A stretch of 64,000 nucleotides of DNA from a bacterium (GCA_965261595.1 CBDHDG010000007.1:768001-832000), one strand, 5' to 3'; shown: positions 20,075-31,298, counted from the first letter of the stretch. A program made the numbers and translations. Notes: a model not told the origin generated them from the letters alone.

Positions 20075-20854
20075 TCAACCCAGGCCCTCGGCGAGGGTGT
20101 CCAGCATTTCCCGCTGAATGTGCGCGTTGGCGGCGACGACTTCCCCGCTATAGATGAAATCCCCGCCGCCCGAGAAATCCGTGACGCGGCCGCCGGCTTC
20201 CTGAACCAGCAATACGCCCGCCGCGACGTCCCAAGGGCTGAGCTTCAGCTCCCAATAGCCGTCCAGACGGCCCGCGGCCACATAGGCCAGATCCAGCGCC
20301 GCCGAGCCCGCGCGTCTCACCCCCTGCGTCCGAAGGGCGAACCGCTGGAAGTGGTCCAGGTTGTTGACGGGGCTTTCCCGTTTGTCGTACGGAAACCCCG
20401 TCGCGATGAGGGACCGGCCGAGGTCGGACGTCCCGGAGACGGAAAGGGAACCCCCGTTCATTGCGGCGCCTTTCCCCGATTCCGCCGTGAAGAGCTCGTC
20501 CCGCAACGGATCGTAGATCGCGCCGAGACGGATGCGGCCCCGTTGTTCAAACGCGATGCTGACGCAAAACATCGGGAACCCGTGGGCGTAGTTGGTGGTC
20601 GCATCCAGGGGGTCCAGGATCCAGAGGTTTTCCGACGCGCGCGCCGGTGGTTCCCGCTCCTCGGCCAGAATGTCGTCCTCGGGGAAGGCCGCTCTCAGGC
20701 GGGAGACGATGTGATCTTCCGAAGCCCGGTCCATGGCGGTGACCAGGTTGACCGCGCCCTTGAACTCGATCTCCTGGGGTTTGCTGAAATTCTCCGCCAA
20801 GAGATTTCCGGCTTCCCGGATGACCTCCTCCAGAATCCGCCGCCTGTGTTCCAA
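20075..20854 (-). CDS. suhB: Inositol monophosphatase
   Basis: WILDPLDATTNY, GSAALDL, WDVAAG. Confidence 0.9.
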   Translation of the reverse strand: MEHRRRILEEVIREAGNLLAENFSKPQEIEFKGAVNLVTAMDRASEDHIVSRLRAAFPEDDILAEEREPPARASENLWILDPLDATTNYAHGFPMFCVSIAFEQRGRIRLGAIYDPLRDELFTAESGKGAAMNGGSLSVSGTSDLGRSLIATGFPYDKRESPVNNLDHFQRFALRTQGVRRAGSAALDLAYVAAGRLDGYWELKLSPWDVAAGVLLVQEAGGRVTDFSGGGDFIYSGEVVAANAHIQREMLDTLAEGLG

Positions 20855-21020
20855 TCGGGCGCCCTTTCATCGTTCGGTTCGTCTGATCCGCGTTGACCCG
20901 CCCGCCATGAATGCCAAAGAGAGGGTACCCCACAGACCGGCGGATTGCACGGTGGTAGACTGAGGGGAGGCGGCTCTCCCGTGACGCCTTGCTTTCCGAT
21001 GGAATTTTTCGGGTCGGAGG

Positions 21021-22199
21021 ATGATGGCCGTGGGCGGCCGCTTGATCTCGCGCAACTTCGTGTTTCTGGTGGCGGGGAACCTCTTTCTGTTCCTCGCCTA
21101 TCTGAGCTATCAGCTTCTGCCCCTGCACATCAAGGCCTTGGGTGGCGGGGAAACCGACATCGGCTGGGTCATGGGAGCGCCCAACCTGATGTCCGTCGTC
21201 CTCACGCCGGTCTTCGGGATCTTTGTGGACCGATTCGGCCGTAAGCCCTTCCTCCTGATGGGTCAGTGCTGCGTTGCGGTGTCCTGTGGGGGGTTCCTGA
21301 TTGCGGGAGATTCGTTCTTGCTCTTCGCGGCGCTGCGGACGGTGCAGAACGTGGGGGTGGCCATGGCCTTTACGGCTGGCGGGGTGCTCGTCGCCGATAC
21401 GGCGCCCAAAGGCCAATTGGCCCAGGCCCTCGGCGTGTACGGCATGTTCGGCATGGTCGCGCACGCCCTCGCGCCGGCCATCGGCGAGTTTGTGATTTCC
21501 GCGGGAGGCTTCTATTCCCTGTTTGTCTTGACGGTGGCATACGGGGTCGTGGGCCTTTCTCTCGTTTCCAGGGTGAGGGAGGCTGCGCCGCCGGCCGCCG
21601 CCGGGGAATCGGACTCCATATGGCGGGTTTTCATCCGGGCCGGATTCACGCAGATCATGCTCCTGGGTTTCCTGAACGGGGCGGCTTTGGGTACGGTGAC
21701 GACCTACGTCCCCACGTACATCCGGAGCCGGGGCATCCAGTGGATCAGCCTCTTCTTTATCACTTACACCGTGACAGCCATTTTCATCCGGGTGGGTTTC
21801 GGCCGTTTGTCCGACCGGCTTGGACATCGGCGGATCATCGCTCCCGCCTTCTTCGTATTGATCGCGGGGGTTTGGTTTCTGAGCGAGGCCAAGGCCCAAT
21901 GGATGTTCGCGTTGGCGGGCGTTCTCAACGGGACCGCCCACGGGTTCCTCTTTCCAGCCATCAACGCCCTGGCCCTCAATCGTTCCAGCGATGGGAACTT
22001 CGGAAAGGCCCAGTCCCTTTTCGGCGCCGCTTTCAGCGCGGGAATGACATTGGGGGTGTTCTCCCATGGGGTGATCGCGGCCGCCTTCGGCTACAGCGCG
22101 ATGTTCCTTTCCCTGGCGTGCTGGATTCTCGTGGGTCTTCTGATTTTCCTGGTCTGGGATCAGAGAGACCGGCGAGCCTCGGATGGTTACACCGCATAA
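21021..22199 (+). CDS. MFS transporter
   Basis: About 12 TM; DRFGRK and SDRLGHR motifs. Confidence 0.9.
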   Translation: MMAVGGRLISRNFVFLVAGNLFLFLAYLSYQLLPLHIKALGGGETDIGWVMGAPNLMSVVLTPVFGIFVDRFGRKPFLLMGQCCVAVSCGGFLIAGDSFLLFAALRTVQNVGVAMAFTAGGVLVADTAPKGQLAQALGVYGMFGMVAHALAPAIGEFVISAGGFYSLFVLTVAYGVVGLSLVSRVREAAPPAAAGESDSIWRVFIRAGFTQIMLLGFLNGAALGTVTTYVPTYIRSRGIQWISLFFITYTVTAIFIRVGFGRLSDRLGHRRIIAPAFFVLIAGVWFLSEAKAQWMFALAGVLNGTAHGFLFPAINALALNRSSDGNFGKAQSLFGAAFSAGMTLGVFSHGVIAAAFGYSAMFLSLACWILVGLLIFLVWDQRDRRASDGYTA

Positions 22200-22330
22200 A
22201 AGAGGTTTCTCATCACCAGGCCGGCGTCCGGCGCCGAGACAAATGTAAAACCTGAGCCACCAGGAATTTGATTTGATCAACAACATCTTGTGTATTTTTG
22301 AAGGTGGGTTCCAAGATATTGTATTTTGTC

Positions 22331-22360
22331 TTGACAACGTATTCCATAGTAAGTTAAGCT
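22331..22360 (+). promoter_or_regulatory. Sigma70-like promoter
   Basis: TTGACA-18 bp-TAAGCT in an AT-rich context. Confidence 0.55.
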
Positions 22361-22368
22361 TCTCCTTA

Positions 22369-22660
22369 GAGCCTGGGCGCCATCGGGACTCGTGAAGTTT
22401 CATCGGTCTGGTGATTTAGTTGGCAGGGGAGGCCTGAAAACGTTGCGGGTTTTGGATGTTGCAGGGCGTCGGAAAGGAGGTGGGGTCTAGGGGAATCTGG
22501 CGTCCCGGTCCGCACGAGGTTTGGTTGCCCGCTTGAACGGGAAACGTTGAGTCGGTTGAATGCGCAGGCCAAGAACCTAGATGAGGTGTTCGGAAATTCG
22601 TCTTCCGGATGAGCGGACAAACGGTGCGGTAGTCGGCGGCAGATAAAGGCGCCCAGGCTC
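22369..22660 (+). ncRNA. Candidate structured ncRNA (~290 nt), family not recognised
   Basis: Perfect 13-bp terminal pairing GAGCCTGGGCGCC/GGCGCCCAGGCTC starting 8 nt after the -10; G/T-rich plus strand; no credible ORF. Confidence 0.45.
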
Positions 22661-22870
22661 GATTCATTTGGTTCGTTTCCCGCCGAAAAAAACGTTGTTT
22701 TCAACCCATTTCTTACCTCTTGGATTCGTGATTATACCCTTGACGCAACCGACCACTACATGTAGTAAAACGGACCAAAAAGGCCGAACCACAAGATGTA
22801 GATATGGAAGACCGAGTTGAGTAGGAGTACTGGAATTGTTGCATGGATTTTTTTATGGAATAGATATTAC

Positions 22871-24538
22871 CCCGCATTTCCCATATGGATCATAAGTTTT
22901 GTCGGACCGAATGCCATTTTCTCGTGTAAGATCAAGGTGTTGGCCTCTCCCTGCCATCATCTTGCGAGGGGACCCAATGGGTGAAGCGAAGAAGGGGGCT
23001 TTGAAGATCCGTTTTGACCGTCGGCTGAGGCTTGAGTTTCACGGAACCAGAATCACTTCGGATGCAGGATTGCTGGCCTGCCGGGAGCTGGATGATGCGC
23101 TGGGTTTGACGGTGAGAGCGCCAGTGCAATTGCAAGAGATCCGTCATGGCCGGAACATCCAGCATGAGTTGGCGCCGCTATTGCGCCAGTCGGTCTATAG
23201 CCGCTTGGCAGGGTATGAAGACACCAACGATGCCGAGCGGTTGGCCCAGGACCCCGCGATGCAAGCCGTGGTCGGCCGCCGAGCGCTTGAGAAGCAGGCG
23301 GCGGGCGCCAACACCCTGAGCCGGTTCGAGACCGAGGTTCTCACCAGGGAGGAGAATCTCAAGGGGCCGGAGCGAGCTGAACCGGGAGTGGGTGGACCGG
23401 GCCATGGCACACTCACCCCATCAGCGAATCATCCTGGACATGGACAGCTCGGAAAGCCCCGTCCATGGGGAGCAGGAAGGTACGGCCTACAACGGCCACT
23501 TTCGTTGCACCTGTTATCACCCTCTTTTTTGCTTTAACCAGTTCGGGGACTGCGAAGGGGCGATGTTGCGCCCCGGCAACGTGCACAGCGCCGATGGCTG
23601 GCGCGAGTTGCTTTCGCCCATCGCGGCCCGGTATGAGCGGGCGGGTGTTCGCCGTTACTGCCGAGCCGATGCCGCCTTTGCGCGCCCGGAGGTCTATGAG
23701 TGCCTGGAAGCGCACAGCTTCCTTTACGCCATCCGCCTTCCCGCCAACGACGTGGTGCAGCGAGAGATCGACTTCCTCCTCACCCGCCCGGTCGGTCGCC
23801 CGCCCAAGAGACCCATCATCTTCTATTACGACTTCCGGTATCAGGCTGGAAGCTGGGACCGTTCCCGGCGGGTCGTGGCGAAGGTGGAATGGCACTCAGG
23901 CGAACTCTTCCCTCGCGTCGGATTCATTGTCACGAACCTGACGGCTCGACCCGAGGGGGTCGTGCACTTCTACAACCAGCGAGGCACAGCCGAGCAATGG
24001 ATCAAGGAAGGCAAGTACGCCCTGAACTGGACACGCCTTTCCTGTCACCGGTTCGTGTGCAACCAGGTGCGGCTCCTTCTCTTCGTCCTGGCGTACAACC
24101 TGGGCAATTTCCTGCGCAGGCTAGCCTTGCCCAGGGGGCTCAAGCACTGGTCGCTGCGAAGCCTCCAGGTCAAGCTCATCAAAATGGGCGGGAGGATTGT
24201 GCGGCACGCCCGGCAGATCATCTTTCAATTGGCCGAAGTAGCGGTATCCAGGGAAGAGTTCGCCATCATCCTGGACCGAATCAACCGATTACGGCCGGTG
24301 CCGGTCTAACCTTGTGCAGAGGGTTCCCGGCAGCATGAGGTGATTGGTTAACGGGTTGAACCGCGAACAAAGGGGACCGAAGGGCGAGGGTCCGCCTTTT
24401 GGGGCAGTCGATGGCCGTCAGCACCTTGTTGCGGAGGGTTGGAAGGCTCTTGACAAACCCATCGGAAGGGGATCAACTGGTTTTCATCGGGAAAGGGGAC
24501 CGGAAACCACCCAAGCAAGTTGATATGGGAAATTCCGG
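22871..24538 (+). mobile_element. IS1380-family element
   Basis: IRs CCCGCATTTCCCATAT / ATATGGGAAATTCCGG; ~1.67 kb; transposase inside. Confidence 0.85.
22977..24309 (+). CDS. IS1380 transposase (frameshift near 23365)
   Basis: ITSDAGLL, GYEDTND, LDMDS, RADAAF, YNQRGTAEQWIKEGK. Confidence 0.9.
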
Positions 24539-24599
24539 TTAAAACAAGCATGAAGGGTATGCCTTTTCTCTAAATGGACTGAAAGACATCAAGGAACGG

Positions 24600-24921
24600 A
24601 GATGTTTGGACCTGGACCGCTATTTGTGCGGATACCAAACTCGTTCCCTCGTGGATGGCCGGTTATCGGACCCTGAAACACGCAAAAATCTTCTTTGGCG
24701 ATTTGGTGGCTCGGTTAGCGAACCGTGTTCAACTGACAACCGATGGTCACCGCTCCCATCTTCAGGCTGTTGAAGAAACCTTTGGGGCTGATATCGACTA
24801 CGCTCAGTGGGTCAAGATCTACGGCCCTGAGCCTGAGGGTGAGTCGCGGTACAGCCCTGGGAAGTGCAACGGAGCGGAGAGACACAAGATTCAGGATTAC
24901 AGCTGCCCCCCCATTGGGTGA
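24600..24921 (+). pseudogene. IS1-family transposase fragment
   Basis: DVWTWTAICADTKLVPSW...VQLTTDGH...DYAQ.VKIYG. Confidence 0.75.
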
Positions 24922-25308
24922 GGGGGACATGATGTGAGGTAGGAATTATCTTGAAGAGGCTCAACGCCCTTCAATATATTCCTTCTCGCAAAATTTACAA
25001 GGCCCAATTTTGGATTGGTGTGTCTTGGTGTCGAGAGGGAACGGTTATGCTTTGGGAGCCAGACTGCATGGATTCTGATCAAAGATACGATCAGACTGAA
25101 CCGACAGAAAAATCCACAGGCCCGGCTGTGGTTACGGTCAACGGAAGCACGATCGCCTACATCCGCTCCCTTTCAGAAGCGATTGGGGAAGCGGCTGTCC
25201 CTCCCTCCACTCGTTCCCTCATTCGTTCCCTTAAGAAATTGGAAGCCGCTTTTGCCACATGTCGCCTGACCCCCTACATCTAGTGGTCAGCCGAGACGCG
25301 GCCGCGAT

Positions 25309-26007
25309 CTACATGTTGTGGTCGTCTGCGTCAAGTATATAAGAGCGCTTGGATTTCGTGTAATGCTTGCGGATTGCCTCCTTTTCGCTTGAAAAATCCT
25401 CCCGGTGTTTACTTCTCAGCATCCATTCGTAGTAGCGTCCGCCCGGCAGGTGGTAGACTCTCGTCTTTCTGTTTCCGATGACAGGGGGTCCGAGGGGGGG
25501 GAGGGGGAGGGGGGGAGGGCCTGACCGCCCCCGCTTGGCCGGAAGGCGCGACCAAATGCCCTTTCGAGCGGCCCGGGCCTTTCTTTCCAGCTCGCGAAAC
25601 AGGTCCGCGAATTTCAAGTTGGGCGGATAGGGCGACGCCCTTGCGTATCCCTCCGCCACCAGAAGGGCATTCACAAAAACGCCGTTGGGGAGGTAGACGT
25701 AGGAAAGCAGCCGTCCGTACCTGTCCACGGGGTCGCGGCCGAGCTCAAGCCGGACCGTTTTTCCTTGAATGAGCTTGCGTAGGAACGCGGCGGCCTCTTT
25801 CCCGAAAAACCCGACCGATTTCCTCGGGTGACGGGTTTCAGGGGTGTCGACGCCGATGATGCGCACACTGACGTGGAAGGTGTCGCCATCGACCACGCGC
25901 CTGACTTTTACCGTCTGGGAAAAGGCGGATTCAGCCGCAAGCAAACCAAGAGCGGAAACATGGAAGAGGAAAAATAGGAGAAGCTTGTTTTGGGTCAATA
26001 TGCTCAC
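25309..26007 (-). CDS. Exported thermonuclease (SNase) family protein
   Basis: VVDGDT, RIIGVDTPE, DRYGRLL, EGYA; C-terminal YHLPGGRYY domain. Confidence 0.9.
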   Translation of the reverse strand: MSILTQNKLLLFFLFHVSALGLLAAESAFSQTVKVRRVVDGDTFHVSVRIIGVDTPETRHPRKSVGFFGKEAAAFLRKLIQGKTVRLELGRDPVDRYGRLLSYVYLPNGVFVNALLVAEGYARASPYPPNLKFADLFRELERKARAARKGIWSRLPAKRGRSGPPPLPLPPLGPPVIGNRKTRVYHLPGGRYYEWMLRSKHREDFSSEKEAIRKHYTKSKRSYILDADDHNM

Positions 26008-26317
26008 GTTCGGACATGGCTAAGATTTTGTTATTCTTTCGTCAGACGTTAAATATAAGGTATATGACCATATTTTCAATAGTAAACTCATTTCTTCTCC
26101 ATACCTGTGTGGATTCGCGGGGCCCGTGGCATCAAATCTCGCGTTTTCCCGGTGGATTCTCCTGATCGCGGAAAAATCCCGTTGATGAGGACCGCGCGGG
26201 AAAATATGTATACCGGGCATACCGGTTGGATGCTTTGTTCAATCTATCCCGGCCCGGTGAATCGAGATTCGCTGAAACGCTCCGCCCGGCGATCGGCCGG
26301 CCATCCTGGGAATCGTC

Positions 26318-28081
26318 ATGGCGAAGACCAAAGGAAACAAGGGCCCCTACTCGATGTGGGAGCTTGCCGGTTATCTGAAAAGTTTTCGGGGCCGTCTTGC
26401 CGGGGGGTTCATCCTGTTGATGGCGGCCAACGCCCTGGCGATCACGATCCCCTGGATCCTCAAAGACGCCATCGAGGGTCTTCGGAAAGGGTCTTCCCCG
26501 GACCTCCTCCTATGGCCCGCTTTGGCCATCGCCGCGGCGGCTGTCTTTCAAGCCGTCGTCCGGATCGCTTCCCGGCACATGTTCCTGGGGGTGAGCCGCG
26601 GCGTCGAGTACGACATTCGCACGGAGCTCTTCCGGCGCCTTCAGTCGCTGTCGCCCTCTTTTTTTCAGAAGACCACGACCGGCGACATCATGTCCCGCGC
26701 CACGAACGACCTGAACGCCGTCCGCATGGTCCTGGGGCCCGGCGTCACGCACGGCTTGAATTCCATCATCATCTACCTCTTCGTGGTTTCGGCCATGGCG
26801 GCCATCAGTCTCCAGCTCACGTTCTTCGCGGTCATCCTGTTCCCGCTCTGGCTTCTGGGGATGAGGCGCTTTTTCCGCAGCCTCAACGAAATCTCTAGGC
26901 GGTCCCAGGAGACCCTGGGCGATATCAGCACTAAAATTCACGAGAATCTCTCCGGGATGATGGTGGTCAAGCTCTTTGTTCAGGAGGACCACGAGCGCCG
27001 CGCGTTCGGAAAGCTGAATGACGCCTACCTCGATCTGACGGCCCGGCACGCAAAACTGCGCGCGTTCATCTTCGCCCTCATGACGGCCCTGGGCGGCGTG
27101 GGGGCGTTGGTCATCCTGTATCTCGGGGGCCGGTGGGTGATCGCCGGCGATATCACGCTCGGGGCCTTTGTGGCCTTCAACAGCTACCTGGCCATGCTGC
27201 TCTGGCCGACCCTCGCCCTGGGCTGGATCCTCGGGCTTTTCCAGCAGGGAAAGGCGTCCTGGGAGCGGTTGAGCTGGATCTTGAAGCAAAAGCCCGACGT
27301 CCGGACGGTGGGGGTCGAGCCGTCCCGGCCGGTTCGCGGAGAGATCGAGGTCCGGGGCCTGCGGTTCGCCTATGACGGCGGGCCAGATGTACTCAAGGGG
27401 CTGAGCTTCCGTCTCTCTCCGGGCGAGAAGGTCGCCATGGTGGGCGGGATCGGGTCCGGGAAATCAACCCTCGTGAGTTTGCTCACCGGGCTTCTGCCGG
27501 CCCCGGTGGAGACGGTCTTCCTCGACGGGATGGACGTGAACCGGTATTCGCATGAAGCCCTCCGCAAGGCCGTCGCCCTGGTTCCCCAGGACCCCTTTCT
27601 TTTCTCCCGGACGGTTCACGACAATGTGGCCTTCGGGGGGGACGCGCCGCCTTTCGAGGCCGTCCGCGCCGCGACGGACGCCGCGCGCTTCACGGTCGAG
27701 ATTGAGCGGTTTCCCGACGGCTTTCAGGCCATGATCGGCGAGCGCGGACTCACCCTGTCCACCGGCCAGCGGCAGCGGACGACCATCGCCCGCGGGATCG
27801 TCGAGAACCACCGGATCCTCATCCTGGATGATGTCCTTTCGAGCCTCGACGCCGAGACGGCCCGGGAGATCCTCGAGGAGATCCGCCGGTGGGGGAAAGA
27901 TCTCACCCTGCTCTTTGTTTCCCACAACCTCTCGGCGGCCCGGCAGGCGGACCGCATCCTGGTCATGGATGACGGCCGCGTCGCCGAGGAGGGGACGCAT
28001 GAAGCGCTGATGGAGCGCGGGGGGATCTACGCGCGGATGCACGAGCGCCAGCGCCTCATGGCTGAATTGGAGACCCTCTGA
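26318..28081 (+). CDS. ABC exporter permease/ATPase (MdlA-like)
   Basis: TGDIMSRATND, GGIGSGKST, LSTGQRQR, ILDD (degenerate NBD). Confidence 0.9.
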   Translation: MAKTKGNKGPYSMWELAGYLKSFRGRLAGGFILLMAANALAITIPWILKDAIEGLRKGSSPDLLLWPALAIAAAAVFQAVVRIASRHMFLGVSRGVEYDIRTELFRRLQSLSPSFFQKTTTGDIMSRATNDLNAVRMVLGPGVTHGLNSIIIYLFVVSAMAAISLQLTFFAVILFPLWLLGMRRFFRSLNEISRRSQETLGDISTKIHENLSGMMVVKLFVQEDHERRAFGKLNDAYLDLTARHAKLRAFIFALMTALGGVGALVILYLGGRWVIAGDITLGAFVAFNSYLAMLLWPTLALGWILGLFQQGKASWERLSWILKQKPDVRTVGVEPSRPVRGEIEVRGLRFAYDGGPDVLKGLSFRLSPGEKVAMVGGIGSGKSTLVSLLTGLLPAPVETVFLDGMDVNRYSHEALRKAVALVPQDPFLFSRTVHDNVAFGGDAPPFEAVRAATDAARFTVEIERFPDGFQAMIGERGLTLSTGQRQRTTIARGIVENHRILILDDVLSSLDAETAREILEEIRRWGKDLTLLFVSHNLSAARQADRILVMDDGRVAEEGTHEALMERGGIYARMHERQRLMAELETL

Positions 28082-30017
28082 TGCCTCATGTTTCCGGCGC
28101 GGTCTACTCGGAGGAATCCCCGGGTAAGTTTTATGACGGAAGGCTCCTGAGACGGCTGGTCAGGGGATATGCCGGTCACCATCGGCGTCTGCTTTTCGCC
28201 GCTCTGTTTTGCCTGCCCCTGGCGGCCCTCTTGGAGCTCGTCCAGCCCTATCTGCTGAAGGTGGCGGTGGACGACCATTTGACCAACGGACGGCTGAGCG
28301 GCCTTCTCTCGATTGCCGGGTGGTTCCTGCTGGCGGTGATCCTGCTTGCCTTGGTCCGCTTCGCGCAGACGTACACGGTCCAGCTCCTCGGCCAGCGGGT
28401 GACGCACCGGTTGCGGGAGGAGTTGTTCGCCCGCGTTCAGCGCCTACCCCAGACCTATTTCGACCGGACGCCCGTGGGCAGGCTCCTGACCCGGATGACG
28501 TCGGATGTCGAGGTGATCCAGGAAATGTTCGCCTCCGGGGTGGTTTCGGTGGTCGGGGACGTTTTCCTCCTGGTCGGGATCATGGGGGCCATGTTGTGGC
28601 TCAACGCGGGCCTCGCCCTGTTGACCTTTGCGGCCATCCCCGTCCTGTTGATTTTTACGTTTTGGGTTCGGCCCCGCATCCGGGACGCGTTCCGGCAGGT
28701 CCGGGCCAAGCTGTCCGAGATTAACACCTTCCTCGCCGAACACCTGAGCGGGATGGCCATCGTCCAGCTTTTCCGCAAGGAGAAGGAAACGGGCGTGCTT
28801 TTCGAGGCGCTCTCGGGCGAGTACCGAAAAAAGGCGCACCAGGCGATTCTCTATGATGTGTGCCTGTATGCCCTGGTCGAGGCCACCGGGGCGATCGTGG
28901 TGGCGGGGATGATCTGGTACGGCGGCGGCCGCATCCTGGAAGGGACGCTGACGTTCGGTGTGCTGGTCGCCTTTCTCGGCTACATCCACAAGTTCTTCTC
29001 GCCGCTCATGGACCTGTCCTCGAAATACACGATCATGCAATCCGCCATGGCCGCCCTCGAGCGGATCTTCAGCCTTCTGGACGAAGAGACCGACCACGCG
29101 CTGGCGGGGGCTTCCGGGCGGGAACCGGCCTCGGGCGTCGCCGCCGTTCCATTTTCAGGCGACGGGAGCGATGGCCTCCATGGCGGCAAAGGCCCGGCCA
29201 TCGCATTCGAGGAGGTGGATTTCTCCTACGACGGCCAACAAGAAGTGCTGCGCGGCGTCAGTTTCCGCGCCGAGGCGGGAGAGACCATCGCCCTGGTGGG
29301 GGCGACCGGGGCGGGGAAAAGCTCCTGCCTGAAACTCCTTTGCCGGCTCTACGACCCCCAAGGCGGCCGCATCACGATGGACGGCGTGGACATCCGCGAA
29401 ACTCCCGCCCGGGACCTCCGCCGCCGGATCGGGATGGTGATGCAGGACGTCTTCTGTTCTCGGGGGACATCTACCGGAATATCCGCCTGGGGGACGAGTT
29501 GATCGACGAGGAGACTGTCCGCGCGGCGGCCGAAGAGGTCGGGGTGTGGGGGATGATTCGCAAGTTCCCCAACGGATTTGAGTCCAGTGTCCTGGAGCGG
29601 GGAAGCAACCTGTCGGCGGGCGAGCGCCAATTGCTCTCCCTCGCGAGAGCGGTTGTCCGCCGCCCGGACGTCCTCCTCGTGGACGAGGCCACTTCGAACC
29701 TCGATCCCTCGACGGAGTACGAGATCCAGCGGGTCCTGGGCGCCATCTACGGGAAGACGACCACCCTCGTCATCGCCCACCGCCTCTCGACGGTCAAAAG
29801 GGCCGACCGTATCGTGGTCCTCCACAAAGAGAAAGTCCGCGAGGTGGGCACGCACGCGGAGCTGCTGGCGCGGGGCGGGATTTACGCGCGCCTATACGCC
29901 CTTCAGTACCGTCAGCAGGAGTCGGAGACGGGGATCGGGCTCGAAATCGGTAAATCCGCCAACGGCCGCAACCCCGGAAGTCGCCCGGACGAGGACAAGC
30001 TATTTTCCGGGGAATAG
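28081..30017 (+). CDS. ABC exporter permease/ATPase (MdlB-like), frameshift near 29455
   Basis: PVGRLLTR, GATGAGKS; LSAGERQL and VDEATS in the next frame. Confidence 0.85.
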
Positions 30018-30258
30018 CGCCGGAGTCTGAGGTGACTGGCATAGGGATTGCTCGGCTATGTGGGCGCCATCGGTGGTAGGTGCGACACCATGTCGTACTT
30101 TCCATTGACAATCGCACCCAAGATGTCAATACTTCATTGTGTTATTCACGATTGAACCCCTTTGCTTGGGAAAGGTGAATAATCCGCCAAGGCGGCAACG
30201 GAGGTTCGAAAATCCTTGCACGCGAAGGGTGGTGTTTGCCAATAAGGGGAGAGATATC

Positions 30259-30720
30259 ATGAGCCGCTGCCCGCTTCTGTTCACATTCAAAGACATAGTT
30301 TCCGGAAACGGTTTTCTTACGGATATTGAGGCGCACGGCCGCATCCTCGGGGTGCAGGAGGGCGGCGGGGTGTGGATGTACGGTGTCCGGCCGGGCGGCC
30401 TCGCGGCTGGCGGAAAGGACGAAGGGGAAGCCTATTTAGAGTTTCGCCAAGCGTATCGGTCGGTTCTATACGACATCGCTGAGGAGGCTTCCGATTTTCC
30501 TGACTTCAAGGGGCGGGTTGAAAGGTTCTTCCGAGAAACCTGCGAAGAGACCGAAAACGAATGGCGAGAGGCCCTGACCGACGTGAGGGAAGGACGTTTG
30601 AAAGTCGAGGGGCTGCTGATTAAATCGGCGGATTCCAAGCCCTACATCAAGGTCAAACGGATGCAGCGATTCACGGCGAAGGACAACGCTCTGGAACCCC
30701 AAAGATCTCTCGCCGCCTGA
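30259..30720 (+). CDS. Hypothetical protein, possibly HicB-like antitoxin
   Basis: GLAAGGKDEGEAYLEF resembles the HicB N-domain; GGGGAG RBS; adjacent to a HicA-like gene. Confidence 0.5.
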   Translation: MSRCPLLFTFKDIVSGNGFLTDIEAHGRILGVQEGGGVWMYGVRPGGLAAGGKDEGEAYLEFRQAYRSVLYDIAEEASDFPDFKGRVERFFRETCEETENEWREALTDVREGRLKVEGLLIKSADSKPYIKVKRMQRFTAKDNALEPQRSLAA

Positions 30721-30724
30721 ACCC

Positions 30725-30970
30725 GTGGCTTCTTTTGGACAAATACGTCTGAAGAAGGTCTGGAATATGTTGGATGACCGCGCACCCGGACACACCTTCA
30801 AAGAGACAACGCACAATTTTTGCGTAATGTATAACGGTAGAACCTACCCGTCTTTACCGAAAGGTGGACACGGCAAGAAAAGCCCCGAAATCGAGATAGG
30901 ACACGTCAGACAGATGGTCAGGCACCTTCAAATTGACCGGGATTGTGCAAGGCGATACGTGCAACTTTGA
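30725..30970 (+). CDS. Small basic protein, possibly HicA-like toxin
   Basis: 81 aa; TTH...P..GHG...EI.IGHVRQM pattern. Confidence 0.5.
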   Translation: MASFGQIRLKKVWNMLDDRAPGHTFKETTHNFCVMYNGRTYPSLPKGGHGKKSPEIEIGHVRQMVRHLQIDRDCARRYVQL

Positions 30971-31298
30971 ACCCCCTCCACCCCCCAATCCTCCAGCATT
31001 TTTAGCCCGAAGGCTTCTTCCGGCCCGGTCCCCGGCTCCCGGTACGCTGGACATGGGGTCAAATCTGATACTCTAACATTCTGGTCCATACTGTCAGGCT
31101 GGCTTGAAGTTCCAGTTGTACACCCTCCCCTGGCTTCGCGGCTATAATTTCAAAGGGAATGAAGGAAGATTTTGCGCCCACTGGACGATAGCGGTTACGT
31201 GTGCGTGGGCCGCAAGATCATGATGTCCCGTCCCGCGGGTCAATCCGGCAGTACAGCGGATCAAGAATGGCACGTTGAAGCATCCGATGTTTTTGAGT

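Larger units (their letters stand above)
22727..25347. mobile_element. Decayed IS1/IS1595-like element with 8-bp TSD, containing an IS1380
   Basis: TSD CTTGGATT at 22719-22726 and 25348-25355; TIRs CG...TTATA..CTTGACGCA..CGACCAC; IS1-type transposase remnant inside. Confidence 0.8.

Noticed and set aside
22753..22804. Promoter of a ribonucleotide reductase operon
   Set aside because: No nrd gene nearby; the motifs are mirrored at the other end of a TSD-bounded element
24951..25283. 110-aa ORF as IS passenger gene
   Set aside because: No recognisable motif and competing overlapping ORFs; cannot be supported
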